The notes beneath the pieces are model-generated. The model saw only the letters and a list, made by a program, of their open reading frames with translations. It had not been told where the DNA came from and ran no database searches. A program made the translations under genes and the position numbers. From assembly GCA_028277765.1 (NCBI GenBank), contig JANQFQ010000028.1, positions 362-64,361 of the forward strand: DNA of 64,000 nt. The letters are read 5' to 3'. Source of the DNA: Desulfobacterales bacterium (GTDB taxonomy: Bacteria; Desulfobacterota; Desulfobacteria; Desulfobacterales; SURF-7). Shown here one piece after another: positions 30,052 through 38,733 of the stretch (position 1 is its first letter; the number at the start of each line of letters is the position of its first letter).

Positions 30052-30381
30052 GTGAAAATGATTGAAGATGATCAAAAACGTACTGAGAAATTTGGTAAAA
30101 AGACAGGCACTCATGATAAAAGAAAACATCCCAGGAAAAATTGCGGCCTGAAAGTGAATCTGAAAAGCGGCGCCATTAATGATCTTAAAAGGGCACGTGA
30201 TATAAGCCTGGGAGGGATATTTATTGAAACTGATGAGGAATTTACCGTGGGCCAGGAGATCAGCCTTTCAATCCCTTTTACAAATCAGGACCATTATATC
30301 CAAGTGACGGGCAAAGTGGTAAGGATAGAAAAAGGTGGCGTTGGCATACAATTTGATGTACATTCAATAGATATAGAATAA
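30052..30381 (+). CDS. PilZ-domain protein
   Basis: RKHPR and DISLGG motifs. Confidence 0.9.
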   Translation: MKMIEDDQKRTEKFGKKTGTHDKRKHPRKNCGLKVNLKSGAINDLKRARDISLGGIFIETDEEFTVGQEISLSIPFTNQDHYIQVTGKVVRIEKGGVGIQFDVHSIDIE

Positions 30382-30407
30382 CTTGAATCATAGCAGTCCT
30401 CCCCCTG

Positions 30408-30473
30408 AATAATGGAGTATTGAAAAGTAACAAAACCCCCCGCCTTTATCTTCAAATTCAATACTCCATTATT
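30408..30473. repeat. 17-bp perfect inverted repeat between convergent genes
   Basis: AATAATGGAGTATTGAA (30408-30424) / TTCAATACTCCATTATT (30457-30473). Confidence 0.8.
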
Positions 30474-30481
30474 TTCCTTTT

Positions 30482-31219
30482 CTAATGTTTACATTTTAAT
30501 CTTGTATTTCTTAAATTATTCTGTCTTGTGAAGTCATCCAGCTGTTCTTTGGAGAGTATCCTTTTTGCTATAAAAAAATCACCTATGGGACGCTGAAGCC
30601 TTCGCTGTTTCCCAATTATAGCCATCTGTTGTAAGCGGGTTATATACCCCTTGCGGATTGCGCAGTCTCCGAATTTTTCCATTACTTCCCGTTCAAGAAG
30701 AATCCTGCTGATGTCAAGCACGGACAGGATGTCCCATTTACGGGCGATCTGGCCGAAAAGAGGGCGCTGTTTTTTCTGCCATGCGATAGCTTTTGAAAGT
30801 GTCTTCCAAGAAATGATACTTGAATAATAAAGGTATTGCCCTATCAACAGTTCCTTATGAGGCATGTGCCAGGTGTAATAATGATCATCTTTTGTATTTC
30901 TACGCCTGGGAGATTTTTTTTTGTTATATGTTTTCCGTTCCTGTTTTTTTTGAACATTCACATTAAATAGAAGACTGTATTCTCCACAGGCAACCGGGAG
31001 AAGTAGTTCGTACGCTGAAGAGATATCCTTAAACCGTTTCTCCATTTCTGTTTCAGTAATTCCTAGCGCGATGGAACGGTCTGGATGGGTCTCAAGAGCC
31101 TTTTTCCTGTAAGCGGCTTTTAGAGAGGTGGGCTCAAGATTTTTTAGAAAATTGATGGAAACATCATTATTCGATGGAAAAAGAAGCCGGCAGGCAGTTA
31201 AGAGATCAGGAATATGCAT
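30482..31219 (-). CDS. J-domain (DnaJ-like) protein with MshEN-like C-terminal repeats
   Basis: LKAAYRKKALETHPD...F..I..AYE.L; repeats IGQYL, FGQIA, FGDCAIRKGYIT, IGDFF; start uncertain (31219 or 31294). Confidence 0.8.
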   Translation of the reverse strand: MHIPDLLTACRLLFPSNNDVSINFLKNLEPTSLKAAYRKKALETHPDRSIALGITETEMEKRFKDISSAYELLLPVACGEYSLLFNVNVQKKQERKTYNKKKSPRRRNTKDDHYYTWHMPHKELLIGQYLYYSSIISWKTLSKAIAWQKKQRPLFGQIARKWDILSVLDISRILLEREVMEKFGDCAIRKGYITRLQQMAIIGKQRRLQRPIGDFFIAKRILSKEQLDDFTRQNNLRNTRLKCKH

Positions 31220-31428
31220 TATGAATAAGCAGTGCTTCGTTAAACAGTTTTTAGATAATTTTTTTAGTCTAGATTCACGAATAGCAATTAACATTATTTA
31301 TTATGAATTATATTTAATTATATAACACGATGTATAGTTAATATGTCAAGCAAAAATAAGAAGTATTTTTACAATTTTAACAAGGATACACAGGATGGTC
31401 AGGATAAAAAATATTCTATATTGAAGAA

Positions 31429-31487
31429 TTCCAACAAATAAATTCAGCTGATGCAAAAAAGCCGCGGTGCTGATTTAAATGTTAATT
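31429..31487 (+). mobile_element. Solitary attC-like site
   Basis: TTCCAAC...AAATTCAGC / GCTGATTT...GTTAATT; 59 bp with an extra base on the left arm. Confidence 0.55.
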
Positions 31488-31515
31488 CATTTTTCTTTCT
31501 CTGTCATGTGTTTAC

Positions 31516-31557
31516 TTTACACACCTGTAATTTTCACTTGTGTAAAGTTTACACTTT
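31516..31557. promoter_or_regulatory. Second copy of the putative UAS
   Basis: TGTAAA-G-TTTACA at 31541-31553. Confidence 0.7.
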
Positions 31558-31651
31558 TTTTTTAACACTGTAGAAGCTTGTTTGCCGGCATTGCCTTATT
31601 AACCATCTGAAAATATTATATTTTATAAAAAAATAATTTTTTCTTATCTTT

Positions 31652-31666
31652 TGGCACAATAATTGA
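31652..31666 (+). promoter_or_regulatory. Sigma-54 promoter
   Basis: TGGCACAATAATTGA; starts 111 bp after the start of the palindrome, as at 19156. Confidence 0.7.
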
Positions 31667-31732
31667 GAATAGTAAATATTAACATAAACAGGTTTTTGTT
31701 TCCTACAGAATTATGCAAAGGGGGAGATTACA

Positions 31733-31927
31733 ATGCTTCATTCACCATGTTTGAATTGCTGCTGGAAAGATTTGCCAAAAGAGGATTGCAGTAGAAAATG
31801 CGACAGGTTACACAGGGTACAGCGTTTTCAGAGCAACATTATTGATGCTGTATGTTCAACAAAGGCTGATTTCAGCATTAATGATGAAACAAGTATCAAG
31901 GTTAATGGAAGAGACATTGTGTTCTAG
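31733..31927 (+). CDS. Small Cys-rich hypothetical protein
   Basis: GGGGAG RBS; SPCLNCC...C...C; directly behind the sigma-54 promoter. Confidence 0.65.
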   Translation: MLHSPCLNCCWKDLPKEDCSRKCDRLHRVQRFQSNIIDAVCSTKADFSINDETSIKVNGRDIVF

Positions 31928-32091
31928 CATTAAGGATCAACGGTACGAAGAATGAGCGTCCGGTGCATCTGTTTGGGACTTGGCTTCATCTTTTTCGTGT
32001 CCAAGTCCCATATCTTTTTCCCACGGGATTTCCTTCGGTCATGATTTCGATAGCAATCCCGATTTCGATTAAAATTCTCCTAACAATCAGA

Positions 32092-32436
32092 TTAAGACTG
32101 GGTCTGGTTTACGGCATCTGATGTTGGAAAGGGGTATTTATTCCCTTTTGTATCAAAAATGGTTATTGTTTTGAATTTGTTCCAGACGTTTTCATCCATT
32201 GACGTGTAAAAAGCAAGTGTCCTTCCTGGCTGGATCGGCTGTTCCCAAGGCGGAAACAGGGTTTCACAGGTGTACGTCTCATCCTCATTTTCCAGAACAA
32301 ACCTCCCTGAAAGGGTAATCGATTGATCACCAGTGTTTGTTACCTGAAGTTCAAGATTCTGATTATGGAGTCCCACACACCTGGCGGAGAGGACTTCTTC
32401 CATGCTACTATTCATTATGATAGCTAAATCAAGCAT
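32092..32436 (-). CDS. Hypothetical protein
   Basis: 114-aa ORF with protein-like composition; no recognised motif. Confidence 0.65.
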   Translation of the reverse strand: MLDLAIIMNSSMEEVLSARCVGLHNQNLELQVTNTGDQSITLSGRFVLENEDETYTCETLFPPWEQPIQPGRTLAFYTSMDENVWNKFKTITIFDTKGNKYPFPTSDAVNQTQS

Positions 32437-32483
32437 GATAAATAATGTGCATAAAAATATGGTTAATATTGATCAGCGTTTTT

Positions 32484-32647
32484 AAAATCCGAAATCCGAA
32501 ACAAATACAAAGCTCTAATTCTCAAATGTTCAAAACAGTATGGCCTTTATTATACATAAAAATGATGTTTTGGTCATTTGAATTTTGAACATTTAATATT
32601 GTTTCGGCCAGATTTTATGATTTGGCGTGCTTCGTGCTTCGGATTTT
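32484..32647. repeat. AAATCCG/AGCACGA 7-mer inverted-arm element
   Basis: Left arm AAATCCGAAATCCGAAACAAAT..., right arm ...CGTGCTTCGTGCTTCGGATTTT; relatives at 45251, 50785, 53085, 58187. Confidence 0.8.
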
Positions 32648-32714
32648 ATTCGAGTTAATATATCAAGTGTAAATTACCTCTACCGTTGCGTTAAGAAGTA
32701 TATCACTGAAAGCT

Positions 32715-32746
32715 AAAAAGGGCTGCCGGCAAAGTGCCGGCAGCCC
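32715..32746 (-). terminator. Rho-independent terminator of the thiolase operon
   Basis: GGGCTGCCGGCA-aag-TGCCGGCAGCCC 12-bp stem followed by T5 on the minus strand. Confidence 0.85.
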
Positions 32747-32790
32747 GGAGGTTTAACGCTCGTAAAACGAGCTAGTGCTTCAAAACGTTA

Positions 32791-33990
32791 TTACAGCCTG
32801 CCAAAGATAGAGACAGACACAACACCTTTGGCTGGTTCGCCTCCCAGATTATGGGTCAGTCCAAGCTCCATATTCTTTACTTTACGCTCTTCAGGAATTC
32901 TGTCAAGAAGTTGTTCATAAACAGCGTAGACCATTCTCAAACCTGATGCCCCAATTGGATGACCGAAACATTTTAGCCCGCCGTCCACCTGGCAGGGAAC
33001 TTTGCCGTCAAGGTCATAAAAGCCGTCCATGATATCATCATACGCTTTTCCAAACGGTGATATAAAAAGGTCCTCCATGATGACAAATTCCGTAATAGAG
33101 AAGCAGTCGTGGACTTCCATCATACTGATTTCCGTCCTCGGGTCCTTAATACCAGCCTCTTCATAGGCTTTTTTCGCGGCTGTTTGGTTGGTGATCAGGT
33201 TCGCGCCATCCCAGGCAAAGGTCGTTTCCTGGCCTGAGGCCACGGAAATCTGGATCGCTTTAACAGTAACGATATCCTGGTTCGGTTTCAGGCTTTTGGC
33301 AATCTCCGGGGTTGTCACGATAGCGGCAGCCGCGCCGTCGCTGACACCACAACAGTCAAACAGCCCTAGTGGGTCGGCGATAATGGGCGAGTTTAATACC
33401 TGTTCCATGGTGACCGGCCTGCGGAGATGCGCCTTGGGGTTCATGGAACCGTTGGCATGGCTTTTTACAGAGATATGGGCCATGGCCTCTTTTACCTTGG
33501 GCATTTCAATCCCGTATTTTTTACAGTAAGCAGGGGCAAGTTGTGCGAACATGCCCGGGCCAGTGGCATCCGGATTTGCCAGGAGCGTATCTGTCCCGCC
33601 GCCGCCTGTTGGGAGGCCCGGGAAACCCGTGTCTTTTAGTTTCTCTGTACCGATGGCCAGGACCATGTCATAGGCACCTGCGGCAACAGCGTAACTCGCA
33701 GCCCTTAACGCCTCTGTTGCTGTGGCACAGTAGTTTTCTAGCCTTGTAACCGGGACATGGGGCAGTTTCAAGGCGTTGGCCAGATGTACGGCTGATTTGC
33801 CGATACCAACTTCATCATAACAGGATCCCATGTAGCAGGCCTGAATTTCTTTCTGTGCAATGCCGGCGTCTTCAAGGCATTCCTTATATGCTTCAATCGC
33901 AAGATCTTCACCGCTGCATTCCCAGCGTTCACCGAATCTTGTGCATCCCATACCTAATATAGCGACTTTATCTTTAATTCCATCAGCCAT
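32791..33990 (-). CDS. Thiolase (SCP2/archaeal-type acetyl-CoA acetyltransferase)
   Basis: ENYCAT catalytic Cys, EVHDCF, GHPIGASG. Confidence 0.9.
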   Translation of the reverse strand: MADGIKDKVAILGMGCTRFGERWECSGEDLAIEAYKECLEDAGIAQKEIQACYMGSCYDEVGIGKSAVHLANALKLPHVPVTRLENYCATATEALRAASYAVAAGAYDMVLAIGTEKLKDTGFPGLPTGGGGTDTLLANPDATGPGMFAQLAPAYCKKYGIEMPKVKEAMAHISVKSHANGSMNPKAHLRRPVTMEQVLNSPIIADPLGLFDCCGVSDGAAAAIVTTPEIAKSLKPNQDIVTVKAIQISVASGQETTFAWDGANLITNQTAAKKAYEEAGIKDPRTEISMMEVHDCFSITEFVIMEDLFISPFGKAYDDIMDGFYDLDGKVPCQVDGGLKCFGHPIGASGLRMVYAVYEQLLDRIPEERKVKNMELGLTHNLGGEPAKGVVSVSIFGRL

Positions 33991-35447
33991 TACGCCACCT
34001 CCTTTACCGGAACGCCTTTCCAGCAGTAACCGATGATGTCTCTCTGCTTATCATGGTATTTCCTGCGAAAGGTCATTGTTAACTTGGTTCCCTGAGCTAC
34101 CTCTTCCGGGGAGCAGTCTGTAATGTCGAGCATATTTCTGCCGCCGCCGTCAAATTCAACCCGCGCGTAGATAGCCGGCGGATCAAGAGTGGCCGCGAGC
34201 ATATCGTTTGTAAAGCTGGCGATAGTCCCGGTCTTATCTGCAAAACGGTAAGGTTCCGTCTGGTCGATGGCCCGACATTCGGGATTGGCGCATATCCGCT
34301 GGGGCGGATATTGGGGGGAATTACATGCTGTACATTTTGTGCCCCACATGCCCATGATCTGTTTCCGTTTTCGCCAGAGAGCTGAGAGTGCCGAGTAGTC
34401 AGTAACTTCACCGCGGAGCCCGATCTCTCCTTCGAGGGAGTCGCGCCATACAAGGAATTTCGTGTAATTATCAAGAGCGGCTTTGTTGGCCAGGCAGCCG
34501 GAGATACCCTTGGCTGGTTTGTAGTTCTTGATATTTTCAGTTACTTCAAAATACAGGGCATCGCATCCACTGCCGTAGCCTACAACAAGAAGCTTGTCGC
34601 CCGGCTCGGCGGTTTCAAGAGCTTGGGCGAGCATGACCAGCGGCTGGGCAGCACCGGCTTCTCCGATCTGATCCTGGAGATTGGGCTGGTCCTGTTCTGG
34701 TGTAACACCGAGTTTACCGCTTGTTTTTTTCCGTCCGCCCGCATTGCTGCATGCATAGATGACTTTGGAAAAGTCTTCCAGTTTCATGCTGTATTTGTCA
34801 AGCAGGCCATTGATTGATTCCATTATAAAATCGACATAGCCGAGATCACGGCACCATCTGTCTTCCCATTGGCGGTCATATTTTGTGTTCGCGCCGCGTA
34901 TATGATCCGGGAAGTCGTATGTTACTGAATAGGATCCTTTCAACTCGGCAATAACATCTGTGTCGCCCACAAGAAACGCCGCGGCAGCGTCACCGAATAT
35001 GATTTCTTGAGGTGATCCGGGCCGCCCCTGCCTTGTTTCAGCTGCAGTAACGACAATATTGTTTATCCTCTTAGACTCCACACCTTCAATGGCGGAGAGG
35101 AGTGCTGTTGTTCCAGCCTTCAGGCTTCCGCCGTAATCCGCGGACCTGATATTTTCATTTAAATTCATGGCCAGTGCTATTATCGCGGCGTTCTGCCGTT
35201 CAATATACGGCATGGTTGTGGATGCAAAATAGACACCTTCAACACTTGAAAGATCCTTGCCTGTAAGGGCATCCACGCCTGCGGCCATTCCCATTGTAAT
35301 GGGGTCTTCATCAAAATTTGCCACTGCTTTTTCACCCGCTGCATACATCATAATGATCGGGTTGATCCATGCCATGGCTCCGACGACTAAACCCCGGTTC
35401 ATGCGGTATCGCGGTACATATCCGCCATACGAACAGATTCCTGCCAT
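33990..35447 (-). CDS. HMG-CoA synthase-like domain fused to DUF35 (Zn-ribbon/OB-fold)
   Basis: GI.SYGGYVPRYR, EDPITM, GDAAAA, GYGSG; C-terminal CTAC...PPQRIC...C and OB fold. Confidence 0.85.
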   Translation of the reverse strand: MAGICSYGGYVPRYRMNRGLVVGAMAWINPIIMMYAAGEKAVANFDEDPITMGMAAGVDALTGKDLSSVEGVYFASTTMPYIERQNAAIIALAMNLNENIRSADYGGSLKAGTTALLSAIEGVESKRINNIVVTAAETRQGRPGSPQEIIFGDAAAAFLVGDTDVIAELKGSYSVTYDFPDHIRGANTKYDRQWEDRWCRDLGYVDFIMESINGLLDKYSMKLEDFSKVIYACSNAGGRKKTSGKLGVTPEQDQPNLQDQIGEAGAAQPLVMLAQALETAEPGDKLLVVGYGSGCDALYFEVTENIKNYKPAKGISGCLANKAALDNYTKFLVWRDSLEGEIGLRGEVTDYSALSALWRKRKQIMGMWGTKCTACNSPQYPPQRICANPECRAIDQTEPYRFADKTGTIASFTNDMLAATLDPPAIYARVEFDGGGRNMLDITDCSPEEVAQGTKLTMTFRRKYHDKQRDIIGYCWKGVPVKEVA

Positions 35448-35561
35448 GTTGCCTCCTTTTAAATATTAAATTATAAAATAAAACACCGCCGATGATAATC
35501 TTCTACCGGCGATGTTTGTGTATACATTTTTAAAAACGATAATTTTTGACTTCCTAAGTCA

Positions 35562-36692
35562 TTAAATTCCAATTTCAGCTTGAATTGTTTCAAGCTGTAC
35601 CGGGACTGTACCGAATTTAAGCTCAAAGTTTTTTGCCCTTGTAAAATACCAGTGAAGGTCATAATCAAGGTCCACACCTATACCGCCGTGTAGCTGTTGC
35701 GCGCTGAACGCAACCTCTCTGGCCGCGTTGTTTGTAATTACTTTTGCGATAGCGATTTCCTTTCTGCACGGCATCCCCTCTGAAAGCATCCATGCGGCCT
35801 GGTATGTTGTCCACCTCGCGCCCTGAACATGGATAAACATATCAGACACCCGGTGCTGTACAGTCTGGAAAGTGGCGATGGCACGCTTGAACTGGATCCT
35901 GGCTTTCGTATATTCAGCGGTCATTTCCAGCTCTTCCTGGGCGCCACCCACAGCTTCGGCGCACTGGATTGCGGTGGCCTTTTCAATAACGGATTTTACA
36001 AGAGAAAATCCTTTACCTACTTCACCAACCACATTATCGGCAGCCACGGTTACATTATCAAGATCGAGTTTAAACTGTCTTTCGCCGCCAATAACGGGCA
36101 TGGGGGTGAGTGTGACACCTTCCTCGCTGGGATCGATCATAACGATTGTAATGCCGTCTTCATCACCCGGAGAACCGTCTGTTCTGACACTTACGAGAAC
36201 CTTGTCCGCGATATTAGCATAGGGGACAAGGATCTTTGTCCCGGATAGAACATACCCGCCGTTTTTGCTTTCCGCTGTTGTCTCAATATAACTATGGTTG
36301 TAAGCAACACCAGGCTCATCATTTGCCATGGTCAGGATCATTTTACCGAGTCCAACTTTAGGAAGGATTTCTGATTTCTGATCTTCGGTTCCGCCTTCCA
36401 TCAAGGCGAATGTCCCCATCAGGTTACAGAGCATGGGGGAGTTAAACGCGGCCCTGCCTAATTCTTCAAACAGAACAGCCAGTTCAATAAATGACCAGCC
36501 GATGCCGTCGTAGTCTTCAGGGATGACGATGGCCATCCAGTCGAGCTTGGCCATACCCTTCCAGAGCTTTTTATCAAATCCGGTTTCGTTTTCAGAAAGC
36601 TCCTTGATAACGGCTTTGTCGACTTTTTTCTTGAGGAAATCCCGGGCTGCTTTCTGCAGCATTTCCTGCTCTTCATTAAATTTAAAATCCAT
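35562..36692 (-). CDS. Acyl-CoA dehydrogenase, FadE27/28-like subunit
   Basis: MDF.F.EEQ, R.QF.R.I..FQ.VQHR, QLHGGIG. Confidence 0.9.
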   Translation of the reverse strand: MDFKFNEEQEMLQKAARDFLKKKVDKAVIKELSENETGFDKKLWKGMAKLDWMAIVIPEDYDGIGWSFIELAVLFEELGRAAFNSPMLCNLMGTFALMEGGTEDQKSEILPKVGLGKMILTMANDEPGVAYNHSYIETTAESKNGGYVLSGTKILVPYANIADKVLVSVRTDGSPGDEDGITIVMIDPSEEGVTLTPMPVIGGERQFKLDLDNVTVAADNVVGEVGKGFSLVKSVIEKATAIQCAEAVGGAQEELEMTAEYTKARIQFKRAIATFQTVQHRVSDMFIHVQGARWTTYQAAWMLSEGMPCRKEIAIAKVITNNAAREVAFSAQQLHGGIGVDLDYDLHWYFTRAKNFELKFGTVPVQLETIQAEIGI

Positions 36693-36693
36693 A

Positions 36694-37113
36694 TTAATCC
36701 ACCTTTCTAAACTTTGGCAGGTTTAAATCATCTGTCAGGTTGTCAAAAACCACTTCAACCTGCATGCCAATTTTTATATCATCATTTTTGATATCTACCA
36801 TGTTGCTGATAAGTTTTAATCCTTCATCCAGCTCAACAAGCACTACGGTGAAAGGCGCTTTCATGCCCGGATGAGGGGATTTACGGTAGATGGTTTTACT
36901 GTAAATCGTCCCTTTGCCTGATGACGGTTCCCATTCAATATTCAGGGAACGGCATTTGGGGCATACTGGTCTCGGTGGATGTCTCAATCTGCCGCAATCA
37001 CCGCATTTTTGAAACACCAGTTCCTGATTTTGCACGGCATCCCAGAAGGCCTTGCTGTCCGGATCTACTACTGGTGCGGGTATCATTTCGTTTTTATTGT
37101 AGTTAACAGTCAT
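36694..37113 (-). CDS. DUF35 Zn-ribbon/OB-fold protein
   Basis: FW...QKCGDC...HPPRPVCPKC, G.GTIYS, VELDEG. Confidence 0.92.
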   Translation of the reverse strand: MTVNYNKNEMIPAPVVDPDSKAFWDAVQNQELVFQKCGDCGRLRHPPRPVCPKCRSLNIEWEPSSGKGTIYSKTIYRKSPHPGMKAPFTVVLVELDEGLKLISNMVDIKNDDIKIGMQVEVVFDNLTDDLNLPKFRKVD

Positions 37114-37116
37114 GCT

Positions 37117-38286
37117 TTACCTCCCTAGAATAAGACCGCCCGCAGGCCCGCCAGCCCCGGTTGCAACCAGTCCAATTTTCGCATTCTTGACCTGAAGGGT
37201 CGCTGTGCCTCTAATCTGGTGTACAGCTTCAATAACATGGTTCATCCCGTGGATGTGTCCTTCACCCAGTGAACCGCCGGCTGTGTTGACCGGCAGCCTG
37301 CCACCGGCTTTTATCTTTTTCCCGTCCCCACAGAAATTTACGCCCTTCCCCTTTTTACAAAAACCGAGGGCTTCAAGCTGCATCGGCACAAGGGGTGTGT
37401 ACGCGTCATCAAGCTGGGCGAACTTGATGTCTTTTGGTTTTACACCTGCCATCTTAAATAGCCGTTTTCCCATCACAGCCATTTCAGGCAGTCCTGTTAC
37501 ATCATCCCGATAATAACCGCACATGTTCTCGGTTTCAGGTACACTCCCCTGGGCGGCGCCCAGTATCATCACTGGAGGATGATTCAGGTACTTAGCCCGT
37601 TCAGGAGTGGTAACGATGAATGCTGCCGCGGCATCGAATTTTTCATAACAGTCCAGAGCACGCAGGGGATCGGTAACCATTTTTGATTCTTTATAATCTT
37701 TCATGGTTATCGGTTTTTTAAAATACGCGCTGTTCGGATTTTTTGCGCCGTTCTGCCGGCAAGTGACAGTTATGGGCCCGAACTGGTCTTTCTTAATATC
37801 GTATTCATACATATATCTTTCAGCAAGCATGGCCACAGCTCCTTGCTCAGTCATCAGACCAAACGGGGAATGGAATGCCCAATGAAGCAGGTCTGCTGTG
37901 GAGAGTTGGCCGGAAGACCGCATGCTTGGTGTGGACCGCAACCCTGAGCCACCGTTTACCGCCCTATAAATAACAGCGGTGTGGCACGCGCCAGCGGCAA
38001 CGCCGGTGGCTGCCTGCATCACCATGCCGCACGGGGCACCTGCCCAACGTGTTTCTCCATAGAATGTAAGGTTGGGCATTCCCATGGCGCTTGTTATTGC
38101 ATGCTCATCTGCCGAGTCATCTGTCTGCTTGATCATGCCGTCAATATCTCTCGGTGTAAGTCCGGCATCATCCAGCGCGTCCTTTATAGCTTCGCAGGCC
38201 ATGCGGAGTTCTGTCTTTTTGCAATCTTTTGAAAAGCCGGAAAGCCCGATGCCTACTATTGCCACCTTGTTCTTAATACTCTTCAT
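37117..38286 (-). CDS. Ltp2-like thiolase-fold protein (divergent active site)
   Basis: AIVGIG...PVNTAGGSLGEGHIHG; LDDAY in place of YDxF. Confidence 0.85.
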   Translation of the reverse strand: MKSIKNKVAIVGIGLSGFSKDCKKTELRMACEAIKDALDDAGLTPRDIDGMIKQTDDSADEHAITSAMGMPNLTFYGETRWAGAPCGMVMQAATGVAAGACHTAVIYRAVNGGSGLRSTPSMRSSGQLSTADLLHWAFHSPFGLMTEQGAVAMLAERYMYEYDIKKDQFGPITVTCRQNGAKNPNSAYFKKPITMKDYKESKMVTDPLRALDCYEKFDAAAAFIVTTPERAKYLNHPPVMILGAAQGSVPETENMCGYYRDDVTGLPEMAVMGKRLFKMAGVKPKDIKFAQLDDAYTPLVPMQLEALGFCKKGKGVNFCGDGKKIKAGGRLPVNTAGGSLGEGHIHGMNHVIEAVHQIRGTATLQVKNAKIGLVATGAGGPAGGLILGR

Positions 38287-38299
38287 CTCAGCCCCTTAT

Positions 38300-38728
38300 T
38301 TATTTTTTGACTTTTCTTTTTCTGAATTTTGGCAGTGTCAGGTCGTCAGATACTTTATCGAAGAATACCTCAACCGGCATTCCGATATACATCTCCTCAG
38401 ATGTGACGTCTTCAATATTACTGACCAGCCTTACCCCTTCTGACATTTCCACCAGTACGACAATATACGGTACCCTTATCCCTGGATATGCCGCCCTGTC
38501 GTACACAAAGGTGGTCCAGGAGTAAATCGTTCCAAGGCCGGTTGACTCTATCCATTCCATGTCCGTTGACAGACAGGCCGGGCACATTGGTTTTGGCCGA
38601 TGAATAATTTTCCCACAGTATGTGCATTTCTGGAAAACAAGTTTCTCCTCTCTATGGGCCAGCCAGAATTCCTGATTGTCATAATCAATATACGGCCTGA
38701 GCAGCGGCACTCCCTTTACATATTCCAT
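38300..38728 (-). CDS. DUF35 Zn-ribbon/OB-fold protein
   Basis: QKCTYC...HRPKPMCPAC, GTIYSW, LPKFR. Confidence 0.92.
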   Translation of the reverse strand: MEYVKGVPLLRPYIDYDNQEFWLAHREEKLVFQKCTYCGKIIHRPKPMCPACLSTDMEWIESTGLGTIYSWTTFVYDRAAYPGIRVPYIVVLVEMSEGVRLVSNIEDVTSEEMYIGMPVEVFFDKVSDDLTLPKFRKRKVKK

Positions 38729-38733
38729 GGTTA

